Source: Daphnia carinata
Taxonomy: Eukaryota
Direction of reading: 5' to 3'
Length of the DNA: 64,000 bases
Assembly (NCBI RefSeq): GCF_022539665.2
Contig: NC_081334.1
Span: forward strand, 2,914,001 to 2,978,000
The stretch's first letter is position 1; each line of letters opens with the position of its first letter. A program made the position numbers and the translations under genes. The notes under the pieces were generated by a model. The model was not told the origin of the DNA, did not search any database, and worked only from the letters and a program-made list of their open reading frames with translations. This document shows positions 35,231 through 48,628 of this stretch, one piece after another.

Positions 35231-37667
35231 CGAGATATATCACAGTCCCAAACTTGTCCGAACATGTCCAACAAAGAACTATATATGGAGCGCGGCAGTA
35301 TAACAACAACAACTGAACAAATGTGTGCTGGTCTTCAGTCTCGATGGTGCGATAAGGATTGAGCAGTTGTGACTCGTTAAAGTCTTGCCGTTCCATAACT
35401 ATACACAAGGCCTACAGGCAATCAAGCAAATAAGGGTCACGGAATATTTTGAATAAAAAAATGCCGACGCATCTTTTGATAATCAGGTGAGTTAAACAGT
35501 ATAGAGGCAACAACGTTTCCAATTTTTATATACGTTCACTTCTATAGCTACTTACGATTCGTGCCAAAGGGCCCTATACGAAAAGAGCTGAAAGCCCCGG
35601 CGGTGTTCCAGCTCTTTGATTCTTTTTTGGCGTAGAACTTTTTGGATATTGAATTTTGGTATACACACACGGTGGTTCAGAAAGGATCTTTCTCCCTACT
35701 CCTTGATGTATATAAGGTAATTTTTTTCTTTTACTTACCTTTTGGTCCATGGGCTTTCAACCTTCTGCCGGTGCGGTCGGCGAAGAGTTTCTCCCCTCTT
35801 CAAAAAAAAACAAGTCGGCAAACCAAATTACAAGAGCACATTTCAAGAGTGTCAATTAGAGAATCCGACAGCCTGCTACACACAAGTGCTGTTCCTCCTC
35901 TGATTCCGACTCTTCTTTTGAGGCTTTTCTTTTTTCTTTCCCCCATCATCTGGTGTTCACATTTTCTATACATAACATGGAAAGCTTTTCTTACGCGCGT
36001 TTGCCTTTTATATTCTTTCAATTTTCTTTTCTTTTTTATGTAGACCGAATCCTTATCATCATATATGATGGCCACGCCCCTACACTCTTCCCTGATTATG
36101 ATGTCGCTGTTGGTATATTTTTTTTCTTTTTCTTGTGCCGGTTCTCACCAACAGAACAGAGATATAGTAAAACATGCGAAAAGAGCCGTCAATCATACGA
36201 GCCGGTCACTTCTCCTCTCTTCCCAGATGTGTTGAATGTTATGTTGTTGTTTTTGGATTCAATTCGAATCTCCTTTTTTTTTTTTTGCTTTTAGAAAGTT
36301 GCGGTTTTTCTTTTAGAATTGAAAGTGCCTGGAAAATGCGCAATCATTTGCTTCTCTTTGAACATCCTAGAGTCGTGCAAACTTACCGATAGAATTATGC
36401 GCTGTGTAACGTGTTGTCCTGATAGTTTTCGTGATTTGTTATTGAGTGAGCGTTTGAAAACGCTTGGCACTTGCGCACCATCTATTTAGGAACGATGGAA
36501 CTAAATGTTGCGATACATTCTGCTGTTCCTGATCGCGTCTGAACGTCATCCCACTGCAGATTAAAAAACGTGACCATTCAAAAAAGAATGTGACTCTATG
36601 TGCAACAAAGCATTTGATTTTTTCTTTTAAAGTGAACATGTTTTTGCCGCTATCGGGAAATAACAATTCTCTTATCGCCCCTTTACGTAAATAGCGGACA
36701 AACGGATGACGACCATCGTCGTCTTTGTTTGATTGGAAATGGCTGGCGATTGGGTACAGATTAACACTCACACTAAGTGTAACGTGATTGATAGGTTGAA
36801 CGAAGGCAAATTTGATTGTTTCATTAGATAAGTTTCGATCGCCTTTGTGACGTTCTTTGAGCTGCATCCGGCGATTTACGTCATCGAAGTACTTGCATTC
36901 CGATTGGTATTGGACGTTTCATATCTCTCGTGCCAAATTGTTTTCGAAAAGAAGAATGTAAAGCGTCTAACTTTCGAGGTTAACAGATAGAATATTGCTT
37001 TCAATTTATTTACGATTTGTTGGAAATTGAAGGGAGACAGCGTTTTTCAAACCTTACACGTTCCCGATTCAATCAGAAGGGAAAACCAGTTACGATGCAT
37101 AATTCCCCTTGGCTTATCAGTGAAGTATTATATACCCTAACGTTCCGTATGGTTTTTCCGAAATGAGATCCGTATTGTTGCATATGTTCAGTTCGTTGAA
37201 GACGTTTTTTTAATCGTTTTATTGCAGTGCTCGCATTTGGACTTATGGCGACCATGGACGTTGAAGTAAAAATAACGTTCGTGCAATTCAAGAGACAATT
37301 CATCAATTTTGCCAGGCCATCAAAAACGGCAGACATACAGGTAAATCTATTTAAATATAATTATCAATAAAATATATTTACTATTTAAATTTATTTAAAA
37401 ACAAAATTCGATTGACCCATTTCTTGGTTTTGGTATTCCGTTAGAGATTCAAAAGGTCATCGGAGATCAACTAGGATTTCGTATATCTCGTCGATAGCAA
37501 CAAAGCAAGCTTTTCCAGAGTTACAACATCATTCCGTGTTTTGACGTTGAAGCTTTTCGGCTATCACAGGGGGTGGCGTTCAAACTCCCGTTCGGCTATT
37601 ATAAAGCGGAGGTGAAACGAGAACGAATTCAACAGTTGAACGCAATCAATCGAATCAACAAAAAGCC

Positions 37668-38824
37668 ATGCTATCCGCGCTCATTTTCACCGTACTCCTC
37701 ACCTTTGCCTCAGGTAAACAAAAACCCTTGTTTCTATTACTATCTTTCTTTGTTTCAATATGCATCATTTGCATGCGGTGTGTTGCCTGTCAACGTGTAC
37801 AGGAGCTCCAAATGGAGGAACAGGACGATTGATAGGTGGCTCTCAAGCAGCTGCAGGTCAATTCCCGTTCGTCGTTTCCATTTCTCAATCGGACCAGCAC
37901 ATTTGTGGAGGATTCATTTACAACGACAGGTGGATTGTCACAACAGCCAAATGCGTTGTCGGGTAATTAACAATACGTAGTGTATTGCGATGAGGTCTGT
38001 CTAGTATAGTTGTTATGTAGAAAGGCAAAGGAACTGCTGAAGGTAACTGTTGGTGCCCTGTCATTGATCACACCTGATCCAGAGGAGCAAAAGATTACCC
38101 TTTTGGACATCGTTGTGTTTTCACAGTACGAAGCAGCGACTCAAAAACACGATATTGCTCTTCTCGAGGTACGCACTTGTTCTTGAATCAGCAGCCAAGC
38201 CAAATGTTTCTGTTATAAATGAACGTTTCGATTCACTCAGCTCTCCAGGCCGATTGTGTTCGGTACAACTGCTCAACCGATCCGTTACGATGAAATCGAT
38301 GAGTTGGCCCAACCGTGGGACGCAAAAATCGTCGGATGGGGAGCAACTTTTGTAAATAGATATCCTTGCCTAACCCTTTGTTAAAACTGAATATTCAACT
38401 AAGATATACGTACACAGGAAGGCGGAGTTCCAGCCACACGTTTGCGATGGGCCCCAATCGACGATCTGGCGGCTGATTGTCGTGCTTACGGTATTGACCA
38501 GTACATTCAGAATTTCATGATTTGCGCTGGCTCCACAACAGGTAAAAACGAGTTTAACATTCGGCGTGTGAGATATGAATCTAATCATTCGTTTCAAACA
38601 CAGGAACCGTCTCTCCGTGCCAGTATGACGAGGGTACACCTCTTACGCAAATCGCTAATTACGGAGGAGTCCAGGAAGAGATCGTTGTGGGCATCATGTC
38701 AAAGAATCAAGGCTGTAACGACCTTACCATTCCATCCATTTACACGCGTTTGGCTACCTATTATTCGTGGCTGCTGCAGACGGCAGGACAGCAACCGGCC
38801 CCCACCCGCACCTACGTCAAATAG
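37668..38824 (+). CDS. Secreted trypsin-fold serine protease homolog 1 (non-catalytic), 6 exons
   Basis: Exons 37668-37713, 37803-37962, 38021-38168, 38241-38351, 38418-38541, 38604-38824. Signal peptide MLSALIFTVLLTFASG, activation site GR-LIGG, HICGG, TTAKC (His to Lys), HDIALLE, GWG, MICAG, CQYDEGTP (Ser to Glu), YTRL. Confidence 0.92.
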
Positions 38825-39457
38825 AATGTCGTGTTTCACTTGCGTTACATTTCTGATACATACGTACATAAATCGTCATCTAATGCCAGACATTTTGGGC
38901 AAAGAGAATTATGGAAACAAGCAGCGAGTGTTTTGATTATTCGATAGACGGCCGTTTATTTCCCATCACTTGTGGGTTGGGCAATTGCGAATCGTTCTTC
39001 GCTTATCTTTAAGTCTGGAATGAGACCCACTTCGATTGACAAGCAAATAAGACCGGGAGCAACTTGAAACGTTTAGGCCGTGTCAATCGACATTTCAGGC
39101 CCTAAATTCAAAACGCACCCAACAGTTTATCGTAGTATGTATATACCTTATACTCGACAACTGATAACAATTGATAACTCCATTTTCAAACATTCTTCTA
39201 CAAAAAAAACCCATAAATATTGACTACGACATGACGTTTAAACGATTGGGACGTAGTGCTACGTCACGTTTTTTCACCTGTCAAGGCTATACCTTAGGCT
39301 CAGACCACTCGTTATCCAATGATAAATGATACATTAAATGTTTGGCTACCTTTCGAGATACGATTAGCACTATTTTAGCAGCGTGCTACGCTCAACACGT
39401 TTTCGTTTTGGGGGCACGTCGAATCAGTTGTTGAACGCCTTTGCAAGCAAATTCATC

Positions 39458-40608
39458 ATGTTGCACGCCTTCGTTCTAATCGTTTGTGTCGCAGCAGTCT
39501 CAGGTGATCCTTAGAAAATCTCAAATATTGCTTAGCAGTTGACTCATTTGTTTAAATTTGCATACAGCAAATGCAGGAACGATTGATGAGGGATCAGAGA
39601 GAATTGCAGGGGGCAATCGTGTCAACAACACGGAGCAATTTCCGTTCGTCGTGTCGATCTCTTATCGATATCAACACATCTGTGGTGGATTTATTTATAA
39701 CGCCAGGTGGATCGTGACTGCAGCATCTTGCGTCATGGGGTATAGCATCTATTATCACAAACCATCACGCTGCATCGTTTCTTTTAAATCATTGCATTTT
39801 CAAAAATTTGTGCAGAAAATCTCCTCGGGATTTGAATATAACCATTGGCGCGTGCTCACTTATCACTCCCGAGCCGGAGGAACAGTCCATCAGCATAGCC
39901 GACCTGGTTCCGTATAGTGGTTTTAATCCAGCGTCTGTGACTCACGATATCGCGCTGATTGAGGTATAATTCTTCCAACAGGCTAATACTCACGCAATTT
40001 CTAATTCACGCTCATCTTTTAGCTATCCCTGCCGATCGTGTTTCGCAACACAGCTCAACCTATCCGCTTTAGCACAGTCGACGAACTTGCGCAACCCTTG
40101 GAAGGAACCGTCATCGGATGGGGAGCACCTTATGTAATCCGCAAAATAAAATGATCTTTAGTTATATTGACACATTTTGTTGATGGTGAACATTCGTAGG
40201 AAGGAGGGCCCCCATCTGCTCGACTTCTATGTGGCACTATGGATAACCTTCACGCCAATTGCAGTACGTACCAAGTTAACGAGTACATTGAGGAGTATAT
40301 GATTTGCGCTGGCTCCGAGTCAGGTAAGTTTTAATTAACTCGTATGAATTAATGCATTTCAATGATATTTACCTATATTTTTAGGGACTGTCGCACCTTG
40401 CCAGTTTGACGAAGGATCACCTTTGGTTCAAGAAACTAATACGGGAGGGGTTCCAGAGTTGATAGCGATTGGCATCATGTCGAAGAATCAAGGCTGTTCA
40501 AATGCTATGATCCCAACGGTTTACACTCGCCTGTCGGCTTATTCCTCCTGGCTTATTCAAACCGCAGGTCCTCAAGTCAGCACAAACGTCTTTGTGCCAC
40601 AGTTTTAA
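39458..40608 (+). CDS. Serine protease homolog 2 (non-catalytic), 6 exons
   Basis: MLHAFVLIVCVAAVS.., ER-IAGG, TAASC, HDIALIE, CQFDEGSP. Same intron positions as its paralogs. Confidence 0.9.
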
Positions 40609-40909
40609 ACGGAAATAGATATTCATGTGTTAATTTGCATTGTTGTATAAGAAGAAATCAATGGCCACTCCGAGTGCCAACTCTGAGATTCACTAATGGA
40701 TGAAACGTTTGTAACGAAAAAAACAAAATTATTTTGTAAGGGGAAAAACATGTGTCGAAATGTTTGCTGGTTTGAGGTTCCAAAGTTTGACTGATATTTT
40801 TGTTGATTACACGGCACCGTATCTCTCAACCTGTGCAGCCCAGATTTCTAGAGAGGCATCAAAACAACATCATCATTTGAAACGAATCGTCCTAAGAAAG
40901 AGAATAGCC

Positions 40910-42109
40910 ATGTTGTACGCACTGTTTGTTAGCGTCCTCTTCGCATTCGTCACAGGTGAACAAGAATTTTTAATTATTTTTATGAAAACCTTCTGTAATT
41001 GCATCGTCGAACATAAAATAAGGGCACCACATGGTGGAACAGGACGATTGATTGGTGGCACTATGGCAGCTGTAGGTCAGTTCCCATTTATACCTTCCGT
41101 TAGTAGGAATGACCAGCACCTTTGCGCTGGATTCATTTACAACGAGAAATGGGTCGTCACGTCAGCCAAGTGTATTTACGGGTAAATTAATTGAACTGAA
41201 CGGGACGCTATTTTTATTCGGAGAGAGGACGTTTAATTTAAATTACTATGTGTTACGTGGGTGTGTGTAATTTGATTGATTGTCGTCTATGAAGAAAGCC
41301 AAAGGAAGAATTTAAAGTACTAGTGGGTGCCTTGTCGTTTGTCACACCTGATCCGGGAGAACAAAGCATTGGAGTTTTCGATATGGTTTATTTTCCGCAG
41401 TATGACGATGTGACTCAGAAACACGACGTCGCGCTTATCGAGGTACAGTGAATTGTTGCTCAGAAGCTAGTCAACTGTTTCTAATTCCTAATGAAAATGG
41501 GTTCATTTAGGTTTCTAAGCCGATTTTGTTTGGCCCAACTACCCAGCCAATGCCTTATGGTGAAATTGACGAATTGGCCCAACCATGGGATGCAAAAATC
41601 GTCGGATGGGGAGCAACTTTTGTAACGACATACTGTCCTAACGCCTTGTTCAATTAGAACGGATGTTTAATTAAGAATGCATATTGTACTTTTAAAGGAA
41701 GATGGGCTTCCTTCCACAAGACTCCGATGGGGACCTATCGATAATCTTGCTGCTGATTGTAGTTCTTACGATACTGAAGAGTACATTGAGAGCCTCATGA
41801 TTTGTGCTGGTTCCTCATCAGGTATAAAAATTTATTTTTAATCGATATGTGAAATAAGAATTTTTATTGTTTCTTTGATAATATGTAGGAGTCTCTCCAT
41901 GCGAATATGACGAGGGTACACCGCTTACTCACGTCACTAATTTCGAAGGAATCCAAAAAGAAGTTATAATTGGCATCATGTCGAAGAATCAAGGCTGTTC
42001 AAATGCTACGATTCCAACGATTTACACTCGTCTGCCAGCCTATTCCTCCTGGCTTGTTCAAACCGCAGGTCCGCAAGCCAGCCCTAATGTCTTAGCACCA
42101 CAGTTATAA
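40910..42109 (+). CDS. Serine protease homolog 3 (non-catalytic; chimeric), 6 exons
   Basis: MLYALFVSVLFAFVTG, GR-LIGG, TSAKC, HDVALIE, CEYDEGTP. The C-terminus resembles homolog 2. Confidence 0.9.
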
Positions 42110-42412
42110 ACGAAATAAAAATTCATGTGTTGATTTACATTCTTGGTGTCAAAAGAAATCAAAGACCACTCTTATCGCTAGTTCCTTGATTTACTAATCG
42201 ATGAAAAGATTGTAAAATAATGAAATTGTTTTGAGAGGGCAACGACAAAGTGTTACGAAAGGTTAACTTGTTCGAGATTCCAAAGTTTGACTGATATTGA
42301 ACTGATTAGACGATAGCCTTATCTCACACTGTACAATCGAGCTTTCTACATGTCGAGAGTCATCAAATCAACGCCACCATTTGAACCAAATTGTTCTCGA
42401 AAGACAATAGCC

Positions 42413-43601
42413 ATGTTTTACACGCTGTTTTTCTGCATCATCGTCGCATTTGCCTCAGGTAAGCAATCAGTTCTCATTTCTACGCACATATTTGCATCAC
42501 CCGCTGTAAATGGCTCGACGGACATATAACAGGAGCGCCAAATGGCGATACAGGACGTCTGATTGGAGGCACGCAAGCAACTGCAGGTCAATTCCCGTTC
42601 GTCGTTTCTATTTCTCGGCAAGATCAGCACATTTGCGGCGGATTTATCTACAATGATCGATGGGTCGTCACGACAGCCAAATGCGTCGTTGGGTAACTAG
42701 TTCAGTCAAGTGTAAATGGTCTCTTTTTTAGCTTTGCCTTTTTTATATTGTTGTGCAGAAAACCACAGGCAGACCTGAAAGTAACTGTTGGTGCCCTGTC
42801 GCTTATCACACCTGATCCGGAAGAGCAAATCATTACCATTTTGAGCATCGTTCTGTTTGAATTGTACGAAGAGGCCACTCAGAAACACGATATCGCTCTT
42901 ATCGAGGTACAGTCCATTGTGCTAGATCAGCAACTCCAAATAATTTGCAATCATAAATTATTGCACGTTTGACTCGTTCAGCTCTCCCGGCCGATCGTAT
43001 TCGGTTCAACTGCTCAAGCAATCCGTTACGATGAAATCGATGAACTGGCCACACCGTGGGAAGCAGCAATCGTCGGATGGGGAGCAACTTTTGTAAGAAG
43101 ATATCCTTCCTTTTCAAAATATTGAAGACCTCACTTCAACTAACTCGACGATTTTATATAAAAATTGTTTTTTAATGAATATGCACAGGAAGGGGGAGCT
43201 CCAGCAACACGTTTGCGATGGGCCCCAATTGATAACCTGGCAGCTGACTGTCGTGCTTACGGTATCGACCAGTACATTCAGAATTTCATGATTTGCGCTG
43301 GCTCTGATGCAGGTAAAACCGCTCAGTAATGTGACGTGTAAAGCACAAAGTTTAATCATTTGTTTACACGTCAGGAACTGTTTCTCCATGCCAATTTGAC
43401 GAGGGTACACCTCTTACGCAAATGGCTAACTACGGAGGAGTCCCGGAAGAAATTGTTGTTGGCATCATGTCTAAGAATCAAGGTTGCACTGACCTCAGTG
43501 TTCCATCCATTTACACACGTTTGGCTACCTACTATTCGTGGCTGCTGCAAACGGCAGGACAGCAACCGGCTCCGACTCGCTCGCTCCGCAATTCTAAATA
43601 G
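42413..43601 (+). CDS. Serine protease homolog 4 (non-catalytic), 6 exons
   Basis: MFYTLFFCIIVAFASG, GR-LIGG, TTAKC, HDIALIE, CQFDEGTP. Very similar to homolog 1. Confidence 0.9.
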
Positions 43602-44168
43602 AAATATTCTTCTTCTCTACACCGTAGTTTCACTCTGATACACGTTGACTAATGAAAATGGCGAGTTTTGTCTTCCGTGTGAAAGTCTACGACAAATGTT
43701 ATTAAAAATACAATACCACCATTATAGCCGATCATGTGACTCACGGAGAAAACGGTGATTGTTGTAACAAACTCGTACGCGTGTACAGATTTCGGTCAAC
43801 AGACCAACCATTCGATATGAAATGTTTATTGTCTTACGAAACTATCCCGGGGTTTCCCTTTCTGATAAGCCCAGTAAAAGGTAAGTTCCCTATACCCGCT
43901 TATCAGGGACAGCCATAGGTGACGTGAAACCCATTTCAAATCTCTTGAAATGAGAAAATAACATGAAATACGGACGTGAACCCAACGGATTAAACAAAAA
44001 AAAAAGGGGAAAAACTCAAATATTTCGACATTTATTAACTTATTTGAGATTCCAAAGTTAACTGATATTAGCTGATTAGCAAAATACACATCACATCTTC
44101 CTATATTTTAAGAGACACCGAATCCCTTCCAGCATTTGAACGTCATCCTTTCAACCAAGACAATAATC

Positions 44169-45276
44169 ATGTTGCACGCACTGTTCTTCATTGTTTTCAT
44201 CGCCTCAGTGTCAGGTATAATAACTGCTTTATTTGATTGTATAGCTAAATCATTAACATCCCCCGTTATACACAGGGGCACCTAATGGAGGAACAGGGCG
44301 AATTGTAGGTGGTAGTCAGGCAGTGTCAGGTCAATTTCCTTATGTCGTTTCGATATCCAGGAATGACCTGCACATTTGCGGGGGATTCATCTACAACGAT
44401 CGATGGGTCGTAACTGCCGCATCATGCGTTATTGAGTATATCATTTTACTAAGGTCTAACTCTTGTAAGTACGCTGGTACATGTTAATGTCTTGTACAGC
44501 GAAGTCAAGGACACTATCCTGGTAAAAGTCGGTGCGTTGTCCCTCATTACACCTGAACCGGAGGAGCAAATCATCAGCGTGCTGTCCAACGTAACATTCG
44601 ACTTGTACAATCGAGAAACTAAACTGCACGACATTGCGCTCATCGAAGTAAGTGCCAATCTAAAATACAAGGGGACTATTACGTAATGTTGTCCAATGTT
44701 CTGCAGCTTTCACGGCCGATTGTATTCAGTTCGACGGCGGCCGCAATTCGCTACGATGAAATTGATGAACTTGCCCAGCCATGGAGAGGAATGATCGTTG
44801 GATGGGGAGCCACCACTGTAAGAAACGAATAACTATTTAGAATTTTTATTTTTCTCAATTGAAATAATTCAATCCAGCAAGGGGGAACTGCAGCTACGAG
44901 GTTGCGTTATGCTGCGATTGATGATCTGGCAGCTGATTGTCGTGCTTACGGTATTGATGAATTCGTCCAGAATTTCATGATTTGCGCTGGCTCCACAACA
45001 GGTAACACTCAATGCGATTAACAAGGGAATCAAATAATGAATTGGTTTGAAACTACGATTTTCAATGTAGGAACGATTGCACCGTGTGAATATGACGAGG
45101 GATCACCTTTGACCCAAGAAGCGAATTATGGCGGAGTTCAACAGACGATTGTTGTTGGCATCATGTCGAAGAACCTCGGCTGTGGAGATCCAACTATTCC
45201 AAGCATTTACACGCGTTTGGCAACCTATTATTCGTGGCTTCTACAGAATGCGGGACAACAGCCTGCTTTCATTTAA
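44169..45276 (+). CDS. Serine protease homolog 5 (non-catalytic), 6 exons
   Basis: MLHALFFIVFIASVSG, GR-IVGG, TAASC, HDIALIE, CEYDEGSP. Confidence 0.9.
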
Positions 45277-46006
45277 ATCATGTTGAATTAACCCCAGCAA
45301 ACATGTCAGACGAATGCTGCACGATCGTGACAATATACACGCTTCCTTAATTAATGTGATCATTTCTAAACAGCCAAGGCTCTGTTGTTTTCAAGCGATG
45401 AATGTTAGGCACATAAAACAGTTGATCCCTTTGATAGCAAGTAGCAGCATCCCCCCTAAATCAAGATAAGAAAGCAGTAACAATGACACGTTTGAGTTGT
45501 GCTGGCGTTTGGGACTATAAAGAATGCGTGTTTGTACGACGATTAACTTGTCACGTTGTCTTTCTTACCCAGCAACGCGAATGTTTACTCACCCCAACTG
45601 CCACTAATGCGATAAGGACATTACCAACTGCTAAATCTTGACACAACACCAAACAATTCCATTATGGAATTAAACGTGAACACGATGCTGTCCAATTTCA
45701 GGGTCCAGGCCTTTTTGGCAAATTAAACGCCGACTGTTACTTATGAGAGCAAATGACTTTAGTTATCAAACGTGATATATTTGCATTAACGGTGTTTACA
45801 CAAATGAGAAACCAGTATATATCACATTCACGCTATCGAAATTTTAAGGGACTTAAGGATGTCAGACTGCGGCATTGAGAAACCCTTTGTGGATCCTATT
45901 GCCATAAACCTCCGTTTATGAATCCCGTCCCGTTTATGGATAATTTTTTGGCATTTCGTTAAACGGCATCAACGCAAAGACAGCTCAACTACTGTTCAGT
46001 TTAAAA

Positions 46007-47085
46007 ATGAAACGTATGTTCTTGGTGATCACCTTCGTTGCCGCAATACAAGGTAAGGTCATCTTATTTTCAAAGAGGCTTGCTGATTCAAAGATGCTAT
46101 GCCATTCGTCAGGTGTGCCAGTTGAAAATGTGGGCAGGATCGTTAACGGAGCCGAAGCAGCTCGAGGAGAGTTCCCGTGGCTTGTTTCGATTTCTGAGAA
46201 TGTCCGACATATTTGCGGAGGGTTCATCTATAACGATCGATTCATCGTCACCGCTGCCTCTTGTGTCTTTGGGTAAACCTTTTCATCGATGTCGCCAAAA
46301 TGCCCGTTGTTATTCCCTCCCTTGTTTGTTGTGTTCCAGGAAACCCATTACTTCGTTGAAGGTCAAGATTAGTGGATTGGTTTTAGGCATACCCGAACCG
46401 GATGAGCAAAACATCGACGTCATTTCTGTACACCTCCATCCGTCTTATGACGCTGTTTTTAAACTGCACGACTTGGCGTTCGTTAAGGTATTATATGTCC
46501 AGCAGTATGTCCTTCTTGTTGTAACGTTTTGTTTTACAGTTGAACAGGCCCATCGTTTTTGGAGATGCTGCAAAAGCCATCCGCTATGAAGAGCCAGACG
46601 AATCGATTAAGATGGCAACTATAGCTGGATGGGGATTGATTTCGGTATACACGACACAAACAATGTTGAATAGTTTTGAAACGTTTTTTGAATTAGGAAA
46701 CGGACGGTCAGACTCAAAGGCTTCAGAAAACAACAATTTTTAACCTTGCGGCTAATTGCAATATTTATGGGAGCAATGAATATTCCGTTAACCACATGAT
46801 TTGTGCTGGTGATGGTGAGTCACATTAAATTCATTCAACATGTTACAAGGGATTTTACTCATTTTTAATAAATCGCAAATCGATCACGAAGGAACGACGT
46901 CTCCCTGTAATTATGATCAAGGATCACCGCTCGTTCAAGCAACGCCTTCCGGAAACATTGTCATCGGAATCATGTCGAAGAATAAAGGCTGCGTATCTCC
47001 CTATCCGCCAACGATTTACACTCGCCTAGCAACCTATTATTCTTGGATTATGCAAACAGCAGGCCAACAGCCAGCAAATCTCTAA
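46007..47085 (+). CDS. Serine protease homolog 6 (non-catalytic), 6 exons
   Basis: MKRMFLVITFVAAIQG, GR-IVNG, TAASC, HDLAFVK, CNYDQGSP. Confidence 0.9.
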
Positions 47086-47500
47086 TCAGTAAAATAAAAA
47101 TGAAATAGCATTTCAACATGAACGGCCATCAAAAGATTCACGATTGACTTGTTTTCGAAAAATAAATGCAAACTACACTTGAAATGTAGTCATGGACATT
47201 ATCCGTTCTTTCGGTAACATGAATAAAGATTATTTGTGTAGATTATTGGATATCAGCAAGAAATGGCGTGATGAAATTCTGACTGCGACAAGGGCACGAA
47301 ACTATTGTTGTTGCCATCCTACTGACGTTATCAGATTAATCAGGCCAAAGCCATAGGAAATCGCATGACGTAGGACACATAAGCCATGGCTACGTCAGTA
47401 CGGTAGTATGTCATATCTTTCGAATTTCCCAAAGTTAAAGGAATTTAAAATAATGAACACTCAGTCAGACGTTCGCTATAACCCAAGACAACCGCCCACG

Positions 47501-48628
47501 ATGAAAGTCATATCGTTGTTACTCACAGTCGGCGTGTTAACCGCAGGTAAAACGATCGATTCATTTGAAAGAAAAGATTGAGCATCAGCTAATTGTTTTT
47601 GAAATTAGGAACACCGATAAACGAACAGGGACGCGTTTCTGGTGGTCTCGCACTCTCGGCCGCTGTACCTCATCTAGTATCGATCACGCTCGATGGCCAG
47701 CACGTATGTGGAGGATTCATTTACAGCAGTAATTGGATTGTTACAGCTGCCTCTTGCGTCAATGGGTAAAGGAGATTTTTTTGTTTTGCTTCTTCAAATT
47801 ATGTCGTGATGTCCCCTCATCTTTCACAGCGTTTTGCCGAGTCAGGTGAAAGTCGTCGTGGCTCAGGTATCACTGATTCAGCAGGACATAGATGAGCAAG
47901 TGATATCAGTCTTCAAAATATACATTCACGAAGGATACCAGCCAACCACGAAACTGCACGATATTGCCATGTTGCAGGTACAACTCGTTTTCTTCTAATC
48001 CGTGCGGGATTTTGTATTTTTCTTTTGTACTTGTAACAGACGGCTTCGACGATGACGTTCGGACCTAGAGTTAATTTCATACGCTATGAAGAAGCAGAGG
48101 AAGTCAGCGGAACTGTAGTCAAATTGGCTGGATGGGGAGCCACAACGGTACATTTTATTTGCATATAGAACTCAGTTGTATGATGAACCTACTAATTAAA
48201 CACTAACCGAGTCCCGAATTTGCTCTTCTTGTGGTTTGTTTAGGTGGGCGGCACGCCATCCACCAAACTGCGGGAGATAACAGTGACAATACCTGCCAGC
48301 TGTTCTGGAATGTACACCGCTGAAGAGTTTACTTCTAATTACATGCTTTGCGCTGGCGGCTGTAAGTCATTTAACGTTGCAATTTTAGCACCGCAATTTA
48401 AATAAATCTATTTCGGTTGTACCTGCAGCTCCAGCAGATATTGGATCTCCTTGCCAATACGACGAAGGTTCGCCTTTAGTTCAAACGATCGGCACGACTT
48501 CGTACGCAGTCGGGATCATGTCGAAGAACCAGGGTTGTGGGGCTGGCTTCGCACCGACCATCTATACTCGCCTCTCTGCCTACTATGCGTGGCTCAACAA
48601 GATTGGTGGCCTCCAGCCTGTCCTCTAA
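47501..48628 (+). CDS. Serine protease homolog 7 (non-catalytic), 6 exons
   Basis: MKVISLLLTVGVLTAG, GR-VSGG, HVCGG, TAASC, HDIAMLQ, CQYDEGSP, YTRL. Confidence 0.9.

Noticed and set aside
12700..37500. Numerous 60-190 aa ORFs in the foxQ2 desert
   Set aside because: They consist of microsatellite and homopolymer translations (CVCV, THTH, FFFF, KKKK) with no recognisable domains.
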